The notes under the pieces were generated by a model. That model worked only from the letters and a program-made list of their open reading frames with translations. It did no database searches and was not told where the DNA came from. DNA of 27,003 nt, taken from IMG/VR virus record IMGVR_UViG_3300048911_000077. One strand, 5' to 3'. A program made the translations under genes and the position numbers. Below are positions 1 to 9,402 of this stretch, in pieces; positions within the stretch are counted from its first letter, which is position 1, and every line of letters begins with the position of its first letter. The stretch is from an uncultured virus (IMG/VR IMGVR_UViG_3300048911_000077) (taxonomy: Duplodnaviria; Heunggongvirae; Uroviricota; Caudoviricetes).

Positions 1-63
1 GAATTTAGTGGCGATAATGCTGCTGTGATTGCTAAGTATAAAGAGCTTACAAAATACGATTGA
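1..63 (+). CDS. 3' end of an upstream gene (partial, ...EFSGDNAAVIAKYKELTKYD*)
   Basis: Frame 1 is open from the window edge to TGA at 61-63 and is followed by a terminator hairpin. Confidence 0.6.
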   Translation, partial: EFSGDNAAVIAKYKELTKYD

Positions 64-80
64 TAAATATCAGTATTACT

Positions 81-109
81 GAGGGGAGCTTTTTTGCTCC
101 CTTTTATTT
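81..109 (+). terminator. Rho-independent terminator
   Basis: GAGGGGAGC-TTTTTT-GCTCCCTTT followed by TATTT. Confidence 0.7.
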
Positions 110-125
110 ACCAAGGAGAACTAAA

Positions 126-419
126 TTGGGCGTAGAATATTCAGCACGAATTATTGTTGGTCTTCCTCACGAAGATCTTGAAGAGTTCTTAGAAGGTTTA
201 GATGATCCTTATGATGTGGGGCTGTATGTTTGCAGTCCTTATTATGATGCAAGTTATGGGGCTTCATTATTTGGAGTTCTTGTAAGTCACTGTGATGATT
301 TTGGCTATACAGAAATTGATGAGTTTAGTTGGTCTGAAAAAGTGACAAAAGCACATCAACAGTTTACAAAGATCACAGGTAAGAAGGGTGTTTTGTTCCT
401 CTCTACTTACGGGAGTTGA
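126..419 (+). CDS. hypothetical phage protein (97 aa, TTG start)
   Basis: AAGGAG RBS at 113-118 precedes an in-frame TTG at 126; the ORF-track start at 60 runs through the terminator. Confidence 0.7.
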   Translation: MGVEYSARIIVGLPHEDLEEFLEGLDDPYDVGLYVCSPYYDASYGASLFGVLVSHCDDFGYTEIDEFSWSEKVTKAHQQFTKITGKKGVLFLSTYGS

Positions 420-420
420 A

Positions 421-1419
421 ATGACAAAACTAACATCAATAATTGACCTAGATTACGTAAAGTATGCTTCTGCATCAGTTGGTGAAAAACGTTCTATCAT
501 CGTCACTCACAAATCATCAGGACGTGAGAAACAGTTTAACACACGAACTGAATTTTACGGGCGTGACAAAGCTAAATCTGGTGGCTGGCTTGGTCAACTA
601 AACTCTAAACGTGATAGCCCATTTGCTGTGGATGAATTTGAGATTGTAGATCAACAGATTGCAGAACCAATTGATCACGTATTGCAGATTGCAAAGACTC
701 AAGTTGAAGGTGATCTAAAGCGACTTGGTACAAACAAATACAAAGCATTCTTAGGTAAAGGTGATAGCTTTCGTGTTGAACTATCTACCCTTAAAAAGTA
801 CAAAGATAACAGAAAGGATATGTTACGCCCTTTGCATATGGATGCTGTGACAGAGTATCTTGAACGAAAGTTTAAAGCGGAGATTGTAACAACCATCGAA
901 GCAGACGACCGTTGTGTGATTGAGGCTTACAACAATCCTAATGCTGTGATTCAGGGGTTGGACAAGGATTATTATTCAGCTCCAGTGAACTTCTTTAACG
1001 TCAATCGTCCAGAGGAAGGTATTCAAGACTGTAATCAATTTGGTAGTTTGTGGTTAGACGATAAAGGTGATGTTCGGGGTATTGGCAGGATGCACCTATA
1101 CTGGCAGATGGCAAGCAATGACACCTCTGACAACTACGCAGCTAATTGCTTCTCAGACATTAAGTGGGCGGGGAAATCAGCCTACAAAAGCCTTGTAGAA
1201 GCTAAGACAGACAATGAGGCATGGGAGAAGCTTAAAGGGATTTTCCAGTACCTTTATCCCGAAGAAAAGACTGTTTTAGGCTGGAGAAATGACCCTATCA
1301 ACCTCACTTGGGATTATGTTTTGAATGAGATGTTTGTGATGGCTAGGATGTTAAGGTTTGAGGGTGAGAACTTGAATGCTTATGATGTGATGGATAAGCT
1401 TGGTGTGTCATATGAGTGA
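421..1419 (+). CDS. 5'-3' exonuclease (T7 gp6/T5 D15/FEN-like PIN fold)
   Basis: Acidic motifs IDLD, YKDNR, EADD, DKD, DTSDN; ATG at 421 after GGGAG. Confidence 0.85.
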   Translation: MTKLTSIIDLDYVKYASASVGEKRSIIVTHKSSGREKQFNTRTEFYGRDKAKSGGWLGQLNSKRDSPFAVDEFEIVDQQIAEPIDHVLQIAKTQVEGDLKRLGTNKYKAFLGKGDSFRVELSTLKKYKDNRKDMLRPLHMDAVTEYLERKFKAEIVTTIEADDRCVIEAYNNPNAVIQGLDKDYYSAPVNFFNVNRPEEGIQDCNQFGSLWLDDKGDVRGIGRMHLYWQMASNDTSDNYAANCFSDIKWAGKSAYKSLVEAKTDNEAWEKLKGIFQYLYPEEKTVLGWRNDPINLTWDYVLNEMFVMARMLRFEGENLNAYDVMDKLGVSYE

Positions 1420-1951
1420 TCCGTGGACTAATTATCCTCATATCTGGAAGACAAAGGCTGCATTCCTAAGTTTCATACGTGGGGGAATTCGTAGAGCTTT
1501 ATGGAATAGAAGCCCTATCAAGCTTGAATTTATCAAGAAGTATCGTAAGCGTATCAAGAACCCAAACCCTAAAGGAAAGGTTAAAGAAGTGTGGGGCGGA
1601 AGCTGTGCCTTGTGCAACAAAGACTTCCCCTCTCAACAGCTTAACGTAGACCACAAGATAGGTAACAACTCTTTAAAGGAATTGTCCGACCTACAATCTT
1701 TTATTGAATCAATTGTACTTGTTCAAGAAAGTGATCTACAATTTGTATGTATTCCTTGCCACAAGATTAAGAATCTACAGGAAAGGAGTGGTGTGGATTT
1801 TGAGTCAGCAAGGATAACCAAGGATGTGATCGCTATCTGTAAAGCTAAAAAAGACGTGCAATGGCTAAAAGATCATGATATAATCCCTGCAAGCAATGCT
1901 GCGAAACGTAGAAAGCAAATCGAGGAGAGTATGAGACATGAAAAAGAATGA
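1412..1951 (+). CDS. HNH endonuclease (Zn-binding)
   Basis: CALC...VDH...LQFVCIPCHKIK; overlaps the exonuclease stop. Confidence 0.75.
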   Translation: MSDPWTNYPHIWKTKAAFLSFIRGGIRRALWNRSPIKLEFIKKYRKRIKNPNPKGKVKEVWGGSCALCNKDFPSQQLNVDHKIGNNSLKELSDLQSFIESIVLVQESDLQFVCIPCHKIKNLQERSGVDFESARITKDVIAICKAKKDVQWLKDHDIIPASNAAKRRKQIEESMRHEKE

Positions 1952-2177
1952 AGTTTACACAGAGCTGAGTATTCAAATTGGTGTTCTTGAGAGTAAAGTT
2001 GATAAAGTCCTTCAACTGCTTCTTGAACAACAAAAGCCTTACATTGTCAATAATGATTTTGTAGGTGTTGGTGAGGGATTTGACATAGAAAAATTTAAAC
2101 ATAGTTTGTCTACATCCCAGCTATTCCAGACAACCGGTATTGTTGATGATGAAACTTTTACAACGGAGTTTAAATAA
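1938..2177 (+). CDS. hypothetical protein
   Basis: GAGGAG RBS, ATG, tightly packed in the operon. Confidence 0.7.
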   Translation: MKKNEVYTELSIQIGVLESKVDKVLQLLLEQQKPYIVNNDFVGVGEGFDIEKFKHSLSTSQLFQTTGIVDDETFTTEFK

Positions 2178-2290
2178 TGATGCTTAAAGATCGATTCACT
2201 CTTGCAACCTATATTGAGATGACAGTTCAATATTATACATTTGCTTATGTGTGGCTAAGTTGCATTGACACTTATTTGTTTGGGTTTTAG
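2177..2290 (+). CDS. small hypothetical protein (37 aa, MMLKDRFTLATY...), not in the ORF track
   Basis: TAATG stop/start coupling, GGAG upstream, fills the gap to 2293. Confidence 0.45.
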   Translation: MMLKDRFTLATYIEMTVQYYTFAYVWLSCIDTYLFGF

Positions 2291-2292
2291 CT

Positions 2293-2532
2293 ATGGGAGA
2301 CGTCAGAGAGTTATTTCCTAAGAAGGCTGTACAGGTCACTACATCTAACAGAGAGCCACAGGAAATTATTACAGACTTCCATAATAAACTTGAGGAAGTG
2401 TTGGATGAATTTAATACATTGTCTGTTAGAGACAAGTACGAAGTTGTAGAGAGCCTGACGGTTATGAATAAGGATCTGTTTAAGCTTTATATGGATTTAC
2501 GTAAACGTCATGAATTTCATTTGAATAATTGA
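2293..2532 (+). CDS. hypothetical protein
   Basis: ORF in operon context, helical composition. Confidence 0.65.
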   Translation: MGDVRELFPKKAVQVTTSNREPQEIITDFHNKLEEVLDEFNTLSVRDKYEVVESLTVMNKDLFKLYMDLRKRHEFHLNN

Positions 2533-2543
2533 GGGGAATTGGT

Positions 2544-3443
2544 TTGATCGAAGTTAATTGGAAAGAACAGGCAATTGAGCTAGCTAAGACTGGTAAGAGC
2601 TGGAGGAAGATTTCAGAGCTGTTGGACAAACCGCGTTCAACTGTTTCTGATTACCTTCGTAAAGAATTTAGCCAAGTTGTAGTGGATAATCGTAAATCAT
2701 CGGAGACTTATTCTGTTCGTAAGAATGATGGTGTAGAGCATGATAACAGTCGTATTTTGTTGATTAGTGATTTGCATATTCCTTATCATCACCAAGATGC
2801 TATTGCTTTCTTGCTGCATTTGAAAGAGAAATACAACCCAACGCGTGTTATCTGTTTGGGTGATGAGGTTGACGGCCATGCCTTGAGTTTCCATGATAGT
2901 GATCCAGATTTGCCAAGTGCTGGTGATGAAATTCGTCAAGCACTTCCTGTAATTGCAGAGCTGTTCAAGATCTTCCCTAAAATGGACATTCTTGAAAGTA
3001 ACCATGGTAGTTTGGTGTGGCGCAAAGCTAAAGTGTTTGGTATTCCAAAACATTACATCAAAAGTTATAATGAGGTATTGGGCGTAGATAGCGGTTGGAA
3101 GTGGAGCTTTGATCTTACGGTTGACCTTCCTAATGGTCAAAAGTGTTACATGCATCATGGTAAGACAAGCAACATTATTCAGCTGAGCCAGCAGATGGGT
3201 ATGAATGCGACTCAAGGTCACTACCACGAGACATTCAAGATTGATTACTGGGGTAATAGTACAGGGTTGTATTGGGGTATGCAGTGTGGTTGTTTGATTG
3301 ATGATGACAAACTTGCATTCAACTACAATAATGTAAATATTAAACGTCCAATCATTGGAACCGGATTGATTATTGACTCTATGCCTGTGCTGGAGCCGAT
3401 GCGGTTAAATTCAGAGGGTCGTTGGGTTGGAACTAACACATAA
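2544..3443 (+). CDS. calcineurin-like metallophosphoesterase with N-terminal helix-turn-helix
   Basis: Motifs SDLH, GD, SNH, HG, GHYH; N-terminal GKSWRKISELLDKPRSTVSDYLR is HTH-like; TTG start 7 nt after GAGGGG. Confidence 0.85.
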   Translation: MIEVNWKEQAIELAKTGKSWRKISELLDKPRSTVSDYLRKEFSQVVVDNRKSSETYSVRKNDGVEHDNSRILLISDLHIPYHHQDAIAFLLHLKEKYNPTRVICLGDEVDGHALSFHDSDPDLPSAGDEIRQALPVIAELFKIFPKMDILESNHGSLVWRKAKVFGIPKHYIKSYNEVLGVDSGWKWSFDLTVDLPNGQKCYMHHGKTSNIIQLSQQMGMNATQGHYHETFKIDYWGNSTGLYWGMQCGCLIDDDKLAFNYNNVNIKRPIIGTGLIIDSMPVLEPMRLNSEGRWVGTNT

Positions 3444-3990
3444 AATCTTGCATGAGGCATTAGATTATAATAAAGAAACTGGTCTGTTTACATGGAAAGT
3501 TGACAGACCCTTGGAGCACTTCAAGAATACACATGCCAGAAACACATACCTTGGAAGATTTGCTGGCAAGGTTGCAGGCTATCCATCTAAATACGGCGAG
3601 AAAGATTTATATTACCTTCAAATACGTATTAAGGGTAAGCTCTTTCTGGCACACAGGTTAGCTTGGTTCTATGTGAACGCTGAGTGGCCTGAGCAACTTA
3701 TAGACCATGAAGATGGTGATGGGTTGAATAACAGATGGGATAATTTGCGACAAGCTACATCAATCAGCAACGGACGTAATTGTGGTTTATCTAGTAATAA
3801 CACCTCTGGCGTAAATGGTGTATACTGGAACAAAGCTAACAATAAATGGGTCGCTGAGGGTCATTACACAGAGGCTGGGGTCCACAAGAAGACTAATTTA
3901 GGTTCGTATATCAACCTAGAAGATGCTAAACTTGCCCGTGAAAGATGGCAAGAAGATCAAGGTAATTTCACAGAGAGGCACGGAAAATGA
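3427..3990 (+). CDS. free-standing HNH homing endonuclease with C-terminal AP2-like domain
   Basis: AHRLAW...IDHEDGDGLNNRWDNLR (HNH_3 type), then NNTSGVNGVYWNKANNKWVA. Confidence 0.85.
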   Translation: MELTHKILHEALDYNKETGLFTWKVDRPLEHFKNTHARNTYLGRFAGKVAGYPSKYGEKDLYYLQIRIKGKLFLAHRLAWFYVNAEWPEQLIDHEDGDGLNNRWDNLRQATSISNGRNCGLSSNNTSGVNGVYWNKANNKWVAEGHYTEAGVHKKTNLGSYINLEDAKLARERWQEDQGNFTERHGK

Positions 3991-4295
3991 GCATTCACAA
4001 CCGAGTAAACGAGGCATACCGACATCAAGTCTTGAATGCTTTCAATGAAAACAAATATCTTCCCAAAACACCAGAAGGTTTGCTAGACTTCTTGTTTGAT
4101 GAATATAGTGAATATGTGATCTATCACTACAAAGACCAGTATGACAGCACCACATTCATGCAGCGTTTTAACCGTCTGTGGGTGATTCCTTGCTGGTGGG
4201 TGGTAGCCCCATTCAAATGGATCATCACAGGTTCTGCTGGTGTAAATGACCACACAAAGTTTGCTAAATGGTTAGCTAAGATCACTGGACTTTAG
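3987..4295 (+). CDS. hypothetical protein
   Basis: ATGA overlap with the upstream stop. Confidence 0.7.
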   Translation: MSIHNRVNEAYRHQVLNAFNENKYLPKTPEGLLDFLFDEYSEYVIYHYKDQYDSTTFMQRFNRLWVIPCWWVVAPFKWIITGSAGVNDHTKFAKWLAKITGL

Positions 4296-4305
4296 GAAGT
4301 AAATA

Positions 4306-4476
4306 ATGTACAGAATCATACAAAAGAACGGAGGCTATCAAGTGCAGAAGAAATCTTTTATATTCTGGACAGATTGTTATTATTTTACACCTGATTACTC
4401 TAGATATTTGGCTTGCTACGACAGCTATGAAAATGCTTTACAATATTTAGATTATAAAGATTATTTGGAGATTTAG
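4306..4476 (+). CDS. small Tyr-rich hypothetical protein (56 aa, MYRIIQKNGGYQVQKK...), not in the ORF track
   Basis: AGGA RBS, ATG at 4306, TAG at 4474-4476 abutting the next gene. Confidence 0.65.
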   Translation: MYRIIQKNGGYQVQKKSFIFWTDCYYFTPDYSRYLACYDSYENALQYLDYKDYLEI

Positions 4477-4659
4477 TTGGAAGATTTTCGCCTAAAGAAT
4501 AGCGTATCACGGTTGGAAAAAGAAGTAGACATCCTGACAAAAGAGGTTTATACTTTAAACCAACAAATGAGTGGTATGCTTGACCAAATACAGAAATTGA
4601 AGAATATTGCTAAACAGAATGAGGAGAGGGTTGATGCAGGTAAAGAACAAACTGTTTAA
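4477..4659 (+). CDS. small coiled-coil hypothetical protein
   Basis: GGAG plus TTG start; heptad pattern. Confidence 0.6.
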   Translation: MEDFRLKNSVSRLEKEVDILTKEVYTLNQQMSGMLDQIQKLKNIAKQNEERVDAGKEQTV

Positions 4660-5104
4660 GTGTAAAGATGATATGACGGTTTACACTCTCCATACACTTT
4701 TCAGTGGAGATTTTAAAGTTCTGTGGAAGGATGATTCTGGACAAGACTGGATTCAACGGTATACAAAAGAAGAAGTAAATTCTCGATTTGAAGAAGGTGA
4801 TTGGTATTTTACAGGAGAAGTTACAGATTTTAAAAATACTTCCGATAAAGTAAAATCGGATGGAGGTAGTTCCTCCTATTACGAACTCACTATCACAAAC
4901 AAAGCTGGCGAGTCAATCAAGTGTGAAACTGGTGATGTTATTCGTGCTTTGGTAGGTAATGACTTTGACTTCGGTAACTGTGTAAAAGCTCTTCGCCGTA
5001 TGTACTTAGCAACACTAGGTAAAGGTAAAGAAGGTACAGACATTCCTTATGACTGCAACAAGGTAAGGTACTTTCTTAGTGAGATTGAGCGGGTGAATAA
5101 ATGA
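4634..5104 (+). CDS. DUF3310-like (T7 gp1.7/SaV-related) domain protein
   Basis: C-terminal SDGGSSSYY...GDVIRAL...FDFGNCVKALRR...GK...YDCNKVRYF pattern; GAGGAG RBS. Confidence 0.6.
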   Translation: MQVKNKLFKCKDDMTVYTLHTLFSGDFKVLWKDDSGQDWIQRYTKEEVNSRFEEGDWYFTGEVTDFKNTSDKVKSDGGSSSYYELTITNKAGESIKCETGDVIRALVGNDFDFGNCVKALRRMYLATLGKGKEGTDIPYDCNKVRYFLSEIERVNK

Positions 5105-5652
5105 CTAAGCGCATCATCGGGGTAGATGTTGATCTAACAGTATGCCCAAGTGATATCGGCTGGAGTAATTGGCTACAAGAAAGGACAACAGGGCCAAAGC
5201 ATTATAAAGAATACTTGAAAGGTAAACCTTATAATCTAGCTGAACTTTATGTTGCCGTGGAAGACCCCTTTGAATACTGGCGTTCTCTTGAGTACTCACA
5301 GTTTCAGCCACTGAAAGGTTCTGTAGAGAAGCTTGAACAATTGAGTACTTACTTTGATATTGTGTTTATCTCAGCAATTAAGGGTAAGCACAATAAAGAA
5401 AAATACTATTGGCTCAAAGAACATTTCCCGTTTCTCAAGGGATATATAGCAACTAAAGAAAAGTTCTTGATGAATAACTCAGTATGCGCTATGATAGATG
5501 ATCGCTTGGATAATCTTCAAGGGTTTGCTCAGCACAAGAGAGTGTTCTACAACACGCCTTATTCACAGAATGAAACATGTGGTGTTGGTTATGTGGTTGA
5601 TGATTGGGAAAGCTTTAGTGTGAAAGATTTCTGTGATCAATATTTAAATTAA
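5101..5652 (+). CDS. HAD-family 5'(3')-deoxyribonucleotidase (NT5C-like)
   Basis: HAD motif I GVDVDLTV, KYYWLKEHFPF, motif IV MIDDRLDNL. Confidence 0.8.
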   Translation: MTKRIIGVDVDLTVCPSDIGWSNWLQERTTGPKHYKEYLKGKPYNLAELYVAVEDPFEYWRSLEYSQFQPLKGSVEKLEQLSTYFDIVFISAIKGKHNKEKYYWLKEHFPFLKGYIATKEKFLMNNSVCAMIDDRLDNLQGFAQHKRVFYNTPYSQNETCGVGYVVDDWESFSVKDFCDQYLN

Positions 5653-5660
5653 GGAGAGTT

Positions 5661-6149
5661 TTGGTGTCAAAGAAAGAGTGTATTAAGTTTGGTTATGCAA
5701 TTGGTAATCAACCAGCTATGGGTGATCATTGGGAAGTATGGAGGCAAGTTAAAGCTCAGTCTAAGCTTATTCTAGAAGAAGTGAATGAACTTGAGGATGC
5801 TTGTTCAGAGGAAGATCTTCTAGAAGTGCTAGATGCTTGTATGGACATTAAGTACCTCAACACTTATTTGGAGCACTTGCTTGAAGCTTATGGATGCAAG
5901 ACTAAGCAAGCTTGGGAAACTGTTTGCTCAAACAATGCACAGAAGATTACAACCAGCTATACTTACGCACAAAGCAGCAAAGAATATCTAGAATCTCGTG
6001 AAAAAGGTGAGTTTTACATTGACGAAACTCTGTTTGAAGGCGAACGTCTGTATACTGTCAAACGCAGTTCTGATAATAAAGTAATGAAATTGAAGTCCCA
6101 TGTACGACCTGATCTTATTATCTGTATTCCAGAAGAGTTTAAAGTATGA
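5661..6149 (+). CDS. MazG-like/PRA-PH-like NTP pyrophosphohydrolase
   Basis: LILEEVNEL...EVLDACMDI...VCSNNAQK...DNKVMK; start is TTG 5661 or GTG 5664. Confidence 0.75.
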   Translation: MVSKKECIKFGYAIGNQPAMGDHWEVWRQVKAQSKLILEEVNELEDACSEEDLLEVLDACMDIKYLNTYLEHLLEAYGCKTKQAWETVCSNNAQKITTSYTYAQSSKEYLESREKGEFYIDETLFEGERLYTVKRSSDNKVMKLKSHVRPDLIICIPEEFKV

Positions 6150-6301
6150 CTAAGCCCACAATGAACTGGAAGCTTGACGTAAGAACAAAAGACTATTATA
6201 ATGAATTAGTTTCTACAGGGTTAGCTTGGGAACTTTATCCTTCGATGCCTTTGAGCTGGGAAGAATGTTTGGAAGAATTGGAGGAGAGTGGGGATGTTTG
6301 A
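6146..6301 (+). CDS. small hypothetical protein (51 aa, MTKPTMNWKLDV...), not in the ORF track
   Basis: ATGA coupling to the upstream gene; overlaps the thyX start. Confidence 0.6.
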   Translation: MTKPTMNWKLDVRTKDYYNELVSTGLAWELYPSMPLSWEECLEELEESGDV

Positions 6302-6953
6302 TTTCATTAAGTGTCGTGTAATCGGGGTGACACAACCTGTTGTAGAAGACATTCCAGATAGTGAAGGTATTATCTCATACGCAGCACGAGTAAGTGCCCC
6401 AAAGAATCAAAGCAATTTTGATACAGCAGCAAAGCTTCTAAAGTATTGTGTAGAACATCAACACTATTCAGTATTTGAAACCTGTAATATTACAATGGAG
6501 ATTGAAGCTCCACGAGACATTGCACGGCAGATTCTTCGTCACCGTAGCTTTAGCTTTCAAGAGTTCAGCCAACGTTACGCAGAATCGACAAACTTTGTAA
6601 CTCGGGAATGTCGAATGCAGGATACAAAGAACCGACAGAACAGTTTACCTTGTGATAATACTGTACTTGAAACTTGGTGGGAGCTAGAGCAACTAAAATT
6701 AAACAGTTTCATTGAAGCTCTTTATAAAAAATCTTTGGGTATGGGTATTGCTAAAGAGATTGCTCGTGTTATCCTTCCAGAAGGTTTGACAATGAGTAAG
6801 ATGTACATGAATGGGACTGTGCGTAGTTGGCTACATTATTGTTCCCTACGCGAAGCCAACGGTACACAACTAGAACATCAAGATGTAGCTATCAAATGTA
6901 AAGAAGAAGTGGTAAAATACTTCCCGTTCCTTAAAGAAGTTATGGAGAAATAA
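6294..6953 (+). CDS. thyX: FAD-dependent thymidylate synthase
   Basis: Signature RHRSFSFQEFSQRY; ATG at 6294 after GGAGGA. Confidence 0.95.
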   Translation: MFDFIKCRVIGVTQPVVEDIPDSEGIISYAARVSAPKNQSNFDTAAKLLKYCVEHQHYSVFETCNITMEIEAPRDIARQILRHRSFSFQEFSQRYAESTNFVTRECRMQDTKNRQNSLPCDNTVLETWWELEQLKLNSFIEALYKKSLGMGIAKEIARVILPEGLTMSKMYMNGTVRSWLHYCSLREANGTQLEHQDVAIKCKEEVVKYFPFLKEVMEK

Positions 6954-6954
6954 A

Positions 6955-7152
6955 ATGAAAGACTTTGATTACACAATTTCCAATTTCATTCAAGAGCTAC
7001 AGAATCTTTATATGGTTCGTCTTGGAATGAGCATATCGGAATCTAGTAGGTACATCGTTGACAGTATCCAAGACATTGAGATTGCAATTACTGAAGACAT
7101 TAGTGCATTTGAATACTTTCAGCAAGACTTGGCAGATGGAGTAGAAGTATGA
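6955..7152 (+). CDS. hypothetical acidic protein
   Basis: GGAG RBS, operon packing. Confidence 0.65.
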   Translation: MKDFDYTISNFIQELQNLYMVRLGMSISESSRYIVDSIQDIEIAITEDISAFEYFQQDLADGVEV

Positions 7153-7520
7153 GTATTGGATTTAATCTTTCACTGAGTGACTTGATGTTAGTTGATAACT
7201 TTGCTGAAGCTTTCGGTAAGGACGATAAACAAACTATCTATAAGATTCTTGAACAGAACGGATTTGACGTGTCTATGGGAGTGGAAGAAGTTGTCTGTCA
7301 GCACCGTAATCTTCAAGGTAAAGTAGTTAATTGTTTGATGTATCAAGGCCATGAACTTTCGAGCCCTGAATGGTTGTCTAGTGGCAATGCAACTTGGAGT
7401 AACGTTGTGGAGCACTCTAGTTTAGACCTACGAATTGACCTTAAGAATATGAGCAAGATGTGGTCAACTGGTGATTCGCTAGACTACGCTCAGAAGCACG
7501 GAATCCAATCAGATAATTAA
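7149..7520 (+). CDS. hypothetical protein
   Basis: ATGA overlap, GGAG RBS. Confidence 0.7.
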   Translation: MSIGFNLSLSDLMLVDNFAEAFGKDDKQTIYKILEQNGFDVSMGVEEVVCQHRNLQGKVVNCLMYQGHELSSPEWLSSGNATWSNVVEHSSLDLRIDLKNMSKMWSTGDSLDYAQKHGIQSDN

Positions 7521-7533
7521 TAAGGAGTAAGTT

Positions 7534-9390
7534 TTGAAAGAAGTGGAAGATACAGTCAAAGAACATCTTGGTATTATCATTGATCTTTCACGAGACCAAG
7601 ATATCCCAGAACAAGGTTTCTTAATGCTTACCCGTAAAGGGTTTTATAAAAAGGATTGGGAAACTAGCCCACAAGAGGGGTTTGCAAGAGCTGCTACTTG
7701 TTATTGCTTTGGGGATTATGAGCTAGCTGATCGTATTTACGAATACTCAAGTAAGGGTTGGTTCACAAATGCAAGCCCCGTATTAAGTAATGCTGTAGAG
7801 ATTGAGTGGCCTGTGTTCTCTAAAGAACAGTTTGAAGAAGCTGGTGATTGGCTTGCAGAGAACGTAGACCCAGATGGTATGCCAATCAGCTGTTTCTTGG
7901 TGAAAATTCCTGATACTAAAGAGGGTTTAGTGGAATCTAGTAGCGAGGCTAAATGGCTGTCTATGATGGGTGGCGGTGTAGGTATTTGGGCCTCTAATCG
8001 CGGTCCTGATGAGAAATCTACTGGTGTGATGGCGCACATGTCGGGCTATGATGCTGATACTCTTGCCTACAAACAGAAAGAATCTCGCCGGGGCAGTATT
8101 GCAGCATATCTTGATATTGATCATCCTGAGATTGTTCAGTTTATCTCTATGCGTGATCCCGTAGGTGGTGATCAGAACAAAAAATGCTTTAACCTGAATA
8201 ACGCAGTGAACATTACAGATAAGTTTATGCACGCTGTTATTAAAGGTGAGGAGTATGAACTTGTTGACCCTAAACATGGTGGTACAGGAAGGTTCCTAAA
8301 AGCTCGTGAAGTATGGGAAAAGATTCTTCAGATGCGTTTTGAAACTGGGGAACCATACATCATGTTCAAGGACACTGTTAATAGGTCTATTCCTGAGTGG
8401 ATTAAAAACCCACACTACACAGTAGGACAAAGTAACTTATGTTCGGAAATTACCCTCTGGACTTCTGAGAAACGAACTGCTGTTTGCTGTCTCTCAAGTC
8501 TCAACCTTGAGAAATATGAGGATTGGAAAGATACAACGATTGTGCAAGACCTTGTTCGTTACTTGGACAACGTCTTAGAGTTCTTTATTCGACTAGCTCC
8601 AGCACAACTTAATCGTGCCGTTTACTCAGCTTATAAAGAAAGAGCAATCGGATTAGGGAGTCTGGGCTGGAATTCTTACCTTCAAAGCAAGATGATTCCT
8701 TTTGAAAGTGGCGGTTTTAATAGTGCTATTCAACATACACATAAAATTTACAGCCTAATCAAGGAACGTGCTGTTGAATCGAGTAAACAATTGGCTAACG
8801 AACGGGGAGAGTCACCAGATTGTGTTGGTAGTGGTATGCGTAACAGCCATCTATTAGCAATCGCACCCAACGCATCTTCTTCGTCTATCGTAGGGGCAAG
8901 TCCAAGTATTGAGCCCTGGAAAGACAATTATTTTGTCGCGGACGGACGGGCTGGTGCATTCCTTATTAAGAACAAGTACCTAGAAAAGATTCTAAAGGCC
9001 TATTCCATGGATGTGCCGGAAGTCTGGAAATCAATTCAGGATAATAAAGGGAGTGTTCAGCATCTTGATTTTCTAACTGATCTTGAGAAGTCTGTCTTCA
9101 AAACTTTCAGTGAAATCAATCCTATGTATGTGATTGAACAGGCAGCAGCACGTACACCATACATTTGTCAATCAACTAGTGTGAATATTCAAGTAACAAA
9201 GGATATCACCAAAGAAGAGATGTCGGATATTCACATTAAAGCTTGGGGATCTGGTGTAAAGACATTATACTACTGCCGAGCTGAAGGTGCAGATAAAGCA
9301 GATATCGGGACTGGTACAGAAAAGCCTTTGAATGCTGTTCCTGTACGTAAGAAGATTGAATATGAAACATGTTTTGCCTGTGAGGCATAA
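7534..9390 (+). CDS. nrdA: class I ribonucleotide reductase alpha subunit (no obvious ATP cone)
   Basis: SCF, QSNLCSEI, CCLSSLNL, AIAPNASSS, KTLYY, C-terminal CxxC (CFAC). Confidence 0.95.
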   Translation: MKEVEDTVKEHLGIIIDLSRDQDIPEQGFLMLTRKGFYKKDWETSPQEGFARAATCYCFGDYELADRIYEYSSKGWFTNASPVLSNAVEIEWPVFSKEQFEEAGDWLAENVDPDGMPISCFLVKIPDTKEGLVESSSEAKWLSMMGGGVGIWASNRGPDEKSTGVMAHMSGYDADTLAYKQKESRRGSIAAYLDIDHPEIVQFISMRDPVGGDQNKKCFNLNNAVNITDKFMHAVIKGEEYELVDPKHGGTGRFLKAREVWEKILQMRFETGEPYIMFKDTVNRSIPEWIKNPHYTVGQSNLCSEITLWTSEKRTAVCCLSSLNLEKYEDWKDTTIVQDLVRYLDNVLEFFIRLAPAQLNRAVYSAYKERAIGLGSLGWNSYLQSKMIPFESGGFNSAIQHTHKIYSLIKERAVESSKQLANERGESPDCVGSGMRNSHLLAIAPNASSSSIVGASPSIEPWKDNYFVADGRAGAFLIKNKYLEKILKAYSMDVPEVWKSIQDNKGSVQHLDFLTDLEKSVFKTFSEINPMYVIEQAAARTPYICQSTSVNIQVTKDITKEEMSDIHIKAWGSGVKTLYYCRAEGADKADIGTGTEKPLNAVPVRKKIEYETCFACEA

Positions 9391-9402
9391 TAAGGAGGGG
9401 TT

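Noticed and set aside
2265..2293. TTGACA as a promoter -35
   Set aside because: No convincing -10 hexamer at 16-18 nt spacing
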